Part shown: one piece after another, positions 55,965 to 64,000 of the stretch
How the letters are laid out: the number at the start of each line of letters is the position of its first letter
Position numbering within the stretch: the stretch's first letter is position 1
Assembly: GCF_009914755.1 (NCBI RefSeq)
Contig: NC_060927.1
Strand: one strand, 5' to 3'
DNA: 64,000 bases
DNA from: the human T2T-CHM13v2.0 reference genome, Homo sapiens
Program-made: the position numbers and the translations under genes
The notes under the pieces: generated by a model
What the model was told of the DNA's origin: nothing
What the model saw: only the letters and a program-made list of their open reading frames with translations
The model's database searches: none

Positions 55965-56613
55965 GCAATCTAAGCCTATCTGCAACCAAGGAATCTCATA
56001 GAGTCTACATCACTCCCCTGCCACATCCATCAGAGCAGGTGCTGGTACCCACTGCTGGGAGACTTGAAGACAGATCACATCACTAGAGTCCTTGCAGACA
56101 TTCCTCAGCATTGCCCTGGAGCCTGGTAGCACCAATGGGTGGCTAGATTGAAAAGAGCAATAATAATCACCGTAATCTGGTTCTCAGGAAGCCCCATTTC
56201 TAGGGCAAGGGGATAAAACCACATCAAGGGATCACCCAGTGAGATAAAAGTACCTTAACAGCAGGCCTTGAATCCCAGGTCTTTCCACCGGTGGGATATT
56301 TCCAACAGAAAAACAATCCAGTGCTGGGTGCAGGAGGGAAAGACTGTACCTCCACCCCAACAGGCAGGCATGCTATACTCTGTGATCATGAGGGGCCTTG
56401 GAGAAGGGGTCTTTATTCTCCATTGATACTCCACTGAGACACAGCTGGGGCTTCCCCTACTGGGACACAGCATGTATGCACCTATAGGCAGCATTTTGGG
56501 GACAATGCAGGGTGAGTGCAGCCCCACAGGGGAACACCTCCAATTCAGGCCTGCATGAAAGGCAGAGTCACAATTCCTCCCTGCTTAAAACATCAATATT
56601 CCAGGGTGGCTGG

Positions 56614-56624
56614 CAAGATGGCTG
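56614..56624 (+). promoter_or_regulatory. YY1-type motif at the start of the L1 internal promoter
   Basis: CAAGATGGCTG (consensus CAAGATGGCCG, CpG decayed) at about +12 of the L1; activity unknown. Confidence 0.6.
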
Positions 56625-57944
56625 AATAGGAAGAGCTTCAGTATGCAGCTCCCAGCCAGATCAATGCAGAAAGCGGGTGATTTCTGCATTTCCACTGAGG
56701 TACCTGGCTTATGTCATTGGGACAGGTTAGACAGTGGGTGCAGCCCACACAGGGCAAGCAGAAGCAGGGTGGGGCATCGCCTCAGCTGGGAAGCACAACA
56801 GGTTGGGGAACGCCCTCCTGTAGCCAATGGAAGCTGTGAGGGACTGTGCCGTGACGAATGGTGTACTCCGGCCCAGATACTATGCTTTTCCCACAGTCTT
56901 TGTAACCTGCAGACCAGGAGATTCCCTCGGGGGCCTATGCCACCAGGGCCCTAAGTTTCAAGCACAAAATTGAACAGCCATTTGGGCAGACAACGAGCTA
57001 GCTGTAGGAGTTTTTTATTCGCACCCCAGTGGCAGCTGGAATGCCAGTGACACAGAACCATTCACTCCCCTGCAAAGGGGGCTGAAGCCAGGGAGCCAAG
57101 TGGTCTAGTTCAGTGGATCCCACCCCCACGGAGCCCAGCAAGCTAAGATCCACTGGCTTGAAATGTTCGCTGCCAGCACAGCAGTCTGAAGTCGACCTGG
57201 GACTCTCTACCTTGGAGAGGGGAGTGGCGTCGGCCATTACTGAGGCTTGAGTAGGCGGTTTTTCCCTCCCAGTGTGAATAAAGCTGCCAGGAAGTTCAAA
57301 CAGGGCAGAGCCCACCACAGCTTGGCAAAGCTGTTGAAGCCAGACTGCCTCTCTAGATTTCTCCTCTCTGGGCAGGGCATCTCTGAAAGAAAGGCAGTAG
57401 CCCCAGTCAGGGGCTTTTAGATAAAACTCCCATCTCCCTGGGACAGAGCATCTGAGGGAAGGGGAAGCTGTGGGTGCAGTTTCAGCCGACTTAAACGTTC
57501 CTGCTTGCTGGTTCTGAAGAGAGTAGTGTATCACCCAGCACAGTACTCAAGCTCTGCCAAGGCACAGACTACCTCCTCAAGTGGGTCCCTGACCCCTGTA
57601 CCTCCTGACTGGGCAACACCTCCCAGCAGGGGTCGACAGTCACCTCATACAGGAGAGCTCCCACTGATGTCTGGCAGGTGATCCTCTGGGACGAAGATTC
57701 CAGAGGAAAGAACAGGCAGCAATCTTTGCTGTTCTGCAAGCTCCACTGGTGATACCCAGACAAACAGGGTCTGGAGTGGACCTCCAGCAAACTCCAGCAG
57801 ACCTGCAGCAGAGGGCCCTGACCGTGAGAAGGAAAAATAACAAAGAGAAGGGAATAGCATCAACATCAACAAAAAGGACGTCCACACAGAAACTCTGTCC
57901 GAAGGTCACCAAAAGCAAAGACCAAAAGTAGATAAATCCATGAA

Positions 57945-58968
57945 GATAAGGAAAAACCAGCACAAAAGGGCTGAAAATTCCCAAAACCAGAAGGCCCCTT
58001 TTCCTCCAAAGAATCACAACTCCTTGCCAGCAAGGGAACAAAATTGGACAATGAGTTTGATCAATTGACAGACTTAGGCTTCAGAAGGTGGGTAATAACA
58101 AACTCCTCCAATCTAAAGGAGCATGTTCTAACCCAATGCGAGGAAGCTAAGAACATTGATAAAAGGTCAGAGGAATTGGTAACTAGAATAATCCATTTAG
58201 AGAAGAACATAAATGACCTAATGGAACTGAAAAACACAGCACAAGCACTTCGTGAAGCATACACAAGTATCAACAGCCAAATCGATCAAGCAGAAGAAAG
58301 GATATTAGAGATGGAAGATCAACTTAATGAAATAAAGCATGAAGACAAGATTAGAGAAAAAAGAATGAGAAGGAAAAAACAAAGCCTCCAAGAAATATGG
58401 AACTATATGAAAAGACCAAACCTACATTTGATTGGTATCCCTGAAAGTGATGGAGAGAATCGAACCAGGTTGGAAAAGACTCTTCGGGATATTATCCAGG
58501 AGAACTTCCCCACCGTAGCAAGATAGGCCAACATTCAAATTCAGGAAATACAAAGAACATCACAAAGATACTCCTCAAGAAGAACAACCCCAAGACACAT
58601 AATCGTCAGATTCATCAAGATTGAAATGAAGGAAAAAATGTTAAGGGGTAACCAGAGAGAAAGGTCGTGTTACCCACAGAGGGAAGCCCATCAGAATAAC
58701 AGCGGATCTCTCTGCAGATACCCTACAAGCCAGAAGAGAATGGGGGCTAATAGTCAACATTCTTAAAGAAAAGAATTTTCAACCTGGAATTTCATATTCA
58801 GCCAAACTAAGCTTCATAACCGAATGAGAAATAAAATCCTTTACAGAGAAGCAAATACTGAGAGATTTTGTCACCACCAGGCCTGCCTTACAAGAGCTCC
58901 TGGAGGAAGTACTAAATATGGAAAGGAAAAACTGGTACCAGCCACTGCAAAAACATACCAAGTTGTAA
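57945..58968 (+). pseudogene. L1 ORF1p remnant (frameshift, premature stop, start codon apparently lost)
   Basis: ORF 58044-58526 gives coiled-coil/RRM sequence (QSLQEIWNYMKRPNLHLIGIPE...IIQENFP) ending in a premature TAG. Confidence 0.9.
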
Positions 58969-59031
58969 AGACCATTGACACTATGAAGAAACTCCATCAA
59001 CTAATGGGCAAAATAACCAGCTAGCATCGCA

Positions 59032-62000
59032 ATGGCAGGATCAAATTCACACACAATAATATTAACCTTAAATGTAAACAGGCTAAGTGTCCCAATTAAA
59101 AGACCCAGACTGGGAAATTAGATAAGGAGTCAAGACCCATTGGTATGCTGTATTCAGGAGGCTCATTTCACATGCAAAGACATACACAGGCTCAAAATAA
59201 AGGGATGGAGGAATATTTACCCAGCAAGTAGAAAGAAAAAAAAAAAGTAGGGATTGCAATCCTAGACTCTGATAAAACAGACTTTAAACCAACAAAGATT
59301 TTAAAAAAGACAAAGAAGGGCATTACATAATGGTAAAGGGATCGATGAAACAAGAAGAGCTAACTCTCATAAATATATATGCACCCAATACAGGAGCACC
59401 CAGATTCATAAAGCAAGTTCTTAGAGACCTGCAAAGAAACTTAGACTCCCACACAATAATAGTGGGAGACTTTAACACCATACTGTCAATATTAGACAGA
59501 TCAATGAGACAGAAAAGTAACAAGGATATTCAGGACTTGAACTCAGCTCTGGACCAAGTGGACCTAATAGACATCTACAGAACTCTCCACCCCAAATCAA
59601 CAGAATACACATTCTTCTTGTGACCACATCACACTTATTCTAAAATTGACCACATAACTGGAAGTAAAACACTCCTCAGCAAATGCAAAAGAAAGGAAAT
59701 CATAACAAACAGTCTCTCAGTCCACATTGAAATCAAATTAGAGCTCAGGATTAAGAAACTCACTCAAAACTGCACAACTAGATTGAAACTGAACAACCTG
59801 CTCCTAAATGACTACTGGGTAATAACAAAATTAAGGCAGAAATAAATGAGTTCATTGAAATCAATGAGAACAATGACACAACATATCAGAATCTATGGGA
59901 CACAACTAAAGCAGTGTTTAGAGAGATATTTTTACCACTAAATGCCCACAGGAGAAAGCAGGAAATATCAAAAATCAACACCCTAATATCACAAATAAAC
60001 AAACTAGAAAAACAAGACTAAACAAATTCAAAAACTAGCAGAAGATAAGAAATAAGATCAGAGCAGAGCTGAAGGAGATAGAGACACAAAAAACCTTCAA
60101 AAAATCAATGAATCCAGTAGCTGGCTTTTTGAAAATATTAACAAAATAGACAGACCACTAGACAGACTAATAAAGAAGAAAAGAGAGAAGAATCAAATAG
60201 ACACGATAAAAAATGATAAAGGGGAGATCAACACCGATGCCACAGAAAAATACAAACTACCATCAGAGAACACTATAAACACCTCTATGCAAATAAAGTA
60301 GAAAATCTAGAAGAAATGGATAAATTCCTGGATATAGACACACCCTCTCAAGACTAAACCAGGGAAAAGTCGAATCTCCGAATAGACCAATAACAAGCTT
60401 GGAAATTGAGGCATTAATTAATAGCCTAACCACCAAAAAAAAGCCCAGGACCAGACGGATTCACAGCCGAATTCTACCAGAAGTACAAGAGGAGCTGGTA
60501 CCATTCCTTCTGAAACTATTCCATACCAAAGTAAAAGAGGGACTCCTCCCTAACTCATTTTATGGGGCTAGGATCCTCCTGATACCAAAACCTGGAAGAG
60601 ACACACACACACAAAAAGAAAATTTCAGGCCAATATCCCTGATGAACATCAATGCAAAAATCCCTAATAAAATACTGGCAAACCAAATCCAGCAGCACAT
60701 TAAAAAGCTTATCCACCACGATCAAATCGGCTTCATCCCTGGGATGCAAGGCTGGTTCAACATACACAAATCAATAAATGTAATCTATCACATAAACAGA
60801 ACCAATGACAAAAACCACATGACTATCTCAATAGATGCAGAAAAGGCCTTTGATAAAATTCAACACCCCTGCAGGCTAAAAACACTCAATAAACTAGGTA
60901 TTGATGGAAAATATCTTAAAACAATAAGAGCTATTTATGACAAACCCACAGCCAATATCATACTGAAACAGCAAAAGCTGGAAGCATTCCCTTTGAAAAC
61001 CAGCACAAGACAAGGATGCCCTCTCTCACCAATCCTATTCAACATAGTATTGGAAGTTCTGGCCAGGGCAATTAGGCAAGAGAAAGAAACAAAGGGTATT
61101 CAAATAGGAAGAGAGGATGTCAAATTGTCTCTGTTTGCAGATGACATGATTGTATATTTAGAAAACCCCATCGTCTCAGCCCCAAATCTTCTTAAGTTAA
61201 TGAGCAACTTCAGCGAAGTCTCAGGATACAAAATCAATGTGCAAAAATCGCAAGCATTCCTATACACCAATAATAGACAGAGAGCCAAATCATGATTCAA
61301 CTCCCATTCACAATTACTGCAAAGAGAAAACAATACCTAGGAATAAAACTTACAAGGGATATGAAGGACCTCTTCAAGGAGAACTACAAACCATTGCTCA
61401 AGGAAATAAGAGAGGACACAAACAAATGGAAAACATTCCATGGTCATGGATAGGAAAAATCAATATCGAGAAAATGACCATACTGCTCAAAGTAATTTAC
61501 AGATTCAATGCTATCCCCATCAAGCTACCATTGACTTTCTTCACAGAATTAGAAAACACTACTTTAAATTTCATACGGAACCAAAATGAGCCTGTATAGC
61601 TAAAGCAATCCTAAGCAAAAAGAACAAATCTGGAGGCATCACGCTACCTGACTTCAAACTATACTACAAGGTTACAGCAACCAAAACAGCATGGTGCCAG
61701 TATCAAAACAAATATATAGAAAAATGGAACAGAACAGAGGCCTCAGAAATAACGCCACACATCTACAACAATTTGACCTTTGACAAATCTGACAAAAACA
61801 AGCAATGGGGAAAGGTTAATAAATGGCATTGGGAAAACTGGCTAGCCATATGCAGAAAACTGAAACTGGACCCCTTCTTTACACCTTAAAAAAATTAACT
61901 GAATATGGATTAAAGACTTTAATGTAAGACCTCAAACCATAAAAACCATAGAAGAAAACCTAGGCAATACCATTCAAGACATAGGCATGGGCAAAGACTT

Positions 62001-62840
62001 CACAACTAAAACACCAAAAGCAATGGCAACAAAAGCCAAAATTGACAAATGGGATCTAATTAAACTAAAGAGCTTCTGCACAGCAAAAGAAACTATCATC
62101 AGAGTGAACACGCAACCTACAGAATGGGAGGAAATTTTTGCAATCTATCCATTTGACAAAGGGCTAATATCCAGAATCTACAAAGAACTTCAACAAATTT
62201 AGAAGAAAAAAACAAACGACTCCTTCAAAATGTGGGTAAAGGGTATGAACAGACACTTCTCAAAAGAAGTGTGGCCAGTAAGCATATGAAAAAAAGCTCA
62301 TCATCACTGGTCATTAGAGAAATGCAAATCAAAAACACAATGAGATACCATCTCATGCCAGTTAGAATGGCGATCATTAAAAAGTCAGAAAACAACAGAT
62401 GCAGGAGAGGATGTGGAGAAATAGGACCATTTTTACACTGTTAGTGGGAGTGTAAATTAGTTCGAACATTGTGGAAGACAGTGTGGCAATTCCTCAAGGA
62501 TCTAGAACCAGAAATACCATTTGATCTAGCAATTCCATTACTGGGTATACACCCAAAGAATCATAAATCATTCTCCTATAAAGACACATACATATGTACG
62601 TTTATTGCAGCACTGTTCACAATAGCAAAGACTTGGAACCAACCCAAATGTCCATCAATTATAGACTGAATAAAGAAAATGTGGCACATATACACCACAG
62701 AATACTATGCAGCCATAAAAAAGGATGAGTTCATGTCGTTTGCAGTGACATGGATGAATCTGGAAACCATCATTCTCAGCAAACTAACCCAAGAAGAGAA
62801 AACCAAACACCGCATGTACTCACTCATAAGTGGGAGTTGA
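59032..62840 (+). pseudogene. L1 ORF2p (EN/RT) remnant, multiply disrupted
   Basis: ATGGCAGGATCAAATTC start; EN motifs NIYAPN and IIVGDFN (59330-59623); RT motifs [24 protein letters not shown] (60399-61295); many stops and frameshifts. Confidence 0.93.
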
Positions 62841-64000
62841 ACAATGAGAACACATGGACACAGGGAGGGGAACATCACACAAGGGGGCCTATCAGGAGGT
62901 GGGGGGCTTGGAGAGGGATAGCATCAGGAGAAATATCTAATGTAGATGATGGGTTGATGGGTGCAGCAAACCACCATGACACGGGTATACCTATGTAACA
63001 AACCTGCATGTTCTGCATATATATCCCAGTACTTAAAGTATAATAAAAAATTTTTTAAAAAAAACATTCCTATAGATAAAAAGAGGTGCCTGACTGATCT
63101 GAATAGCTGAAATACTGGGACAAGAATAAGGCTATAAAATAAATAGCTTTCTTGCTGGCTGGACAAGGGAGCTGAAGTAGCTTCCACTCTTCACCCTGAT
63201 AATACCTCAGCAAATCTAATTGTGAGTTCCCCCAGCCACCCTCATCAAGGCTGGGGCCTTGGACCACCATTAGGTATTACATCCACCCACCTGCCTTAAC
63301 AACAACCTGTTCCTACCCAGGGTTACCTCTCCTATTGGCCTGAAGCCTGAATCGTCAACTCAGTAAATAAAATACTGGAGGAAAATTAAATAAATTGAAC
63401 ACCAAAAAAGAATAAATCAAGCTTCAAGAGATTCTTGTCATTCCATCCCCATAGGAGACAATGAAATTACCCACACACCAAAAACATAGCTACTGCAAAC
63501 GGCATCTGAGAAAGCTAGCACACAAAGTCTCTCCATAACTAAGGAATTCATAAAAAGTTTTCCACCTAAAAGTACCCAAAATCAAATTAGGCTAAAATAA
63601 ACATAAAGTCCAATCCTTAAGGGGTAGGGCCAGGGAAGAATTTTTTTTAAAAAAACACAATCCAATCAAAAATAAATTTAAGAACAATTTGAAGAGATAA
63701 TCTGCTCAAATCAGAAGGAACCAGAAAAGTAACTATGGTAATATGACAAAACAGGGTTCTAAAACACCCAGAAGAGATCACACTAGCTCCCCAGCAATGG
63801 ATCCAAACCAATAAAAAAATATATTTGAATTACCATATAAAGAATTTAGATGACTGATTATTAATCTGCTCAAGGACATAGCAGATAAAGGTGAAACCAA
63901 CTTAAAGAAATTTAAAAAACAAATCCAGGATATGAATGAAAATTTTTCAGAGAAGTGTATATCATAAAGAAAAAACAATCACAAATTCTGGAAATGAAAG

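Larger units (their letters stand above)
56603..63062 (+). mobile_element. Full-length L1PA7-like element (about 6.46 kb), both ORFs disrupted
   Basis: 5' GGGTGGCTGGCAAGATGGCTGAATAGG; ORF1, EN, RT and C-terminal remnants in order; L1PA7-type 3' end (AATGTAGATGATGGGTTGATGGGTGCAGCAAACCACC); TSD AATATTCC/AACATTCC. Confidence 0.95.
54645..64000 (+). mobile_element. L1PB-type element: long 5' UTR (54645-56602 and 63071-~63705) and start of ORF1; runs off window end
   Basis: Starts CAAGATGG; resumes after the L1PA7 TSD; L1PB ORF1-like AGAAGGAACCAGAAAAGTAACTATGGTAATATGACAAAACAGGG at about 63712. Confidence 0.8.

Noticed and set aside
56643-58051. Multiple ORFs (up to 178 aa) on both strands
   Set aside because: Chance ORFs in the GC-rich L1PA7 5' UTR; no evidence of a cellular gene, and I could not support an intact ORF0.
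60399-61295. 298-aa reverse-transcriptase ORF as a novel or functional RT gene
   Set aside because: It is an internal fragment of a disrupted L1PA7 ORF2 with no true ATG at the listed start, flanked by frameshifts and stops.

Overview
Human non-coding, AT-rich genomic DNA dominated by transposable elements. Species is inferred from a human-specific AluYb8/Yb9-type insertion. I find no supportable cellular protein-coding gene, RNA gene or CpG-island promoter; the listed ORFs are L1 ORF1/ORF2 remnants or chance ORFs in repeats and AT-rich DNA. Layout: (i) 3.0-12.5 kb, an old near-full-length L1PA15/16-like element carrying a 5'-inverted L1PB1, two MST LTRs and an Alu in its tail; (ii) 12.5-54.6 kb, a mosaic of Alus, L2/MIR, HAL1, short L1s, solo LTRs (MER4, LTR16C, THE1, MLT1, LTR33, MER52) and DNA transposons (MER44, MER58A, MER20) with TE-poor stretches; (iii) 54.6-64 kb, an L1PB 5' end split by a full-length disrupted L1PA7. 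I see no new gene system. The most unusual observation is that the inversion breakpoint of the nested L1PB1 falls at the same L1 coordinate as its insertion site in the host L1, hinting at homology-tethered twin priming. Also notable: a short L1 3' transduction, several fold-back/template-switch scars, a 4x38-bp Alu-derived minisatellite and a near-perfect 3x153-bp triplication. Subfamily names come from remembered consensus motifs and need RepeatMasker/Dfam confirmation; boundaries of old elements are approximate.
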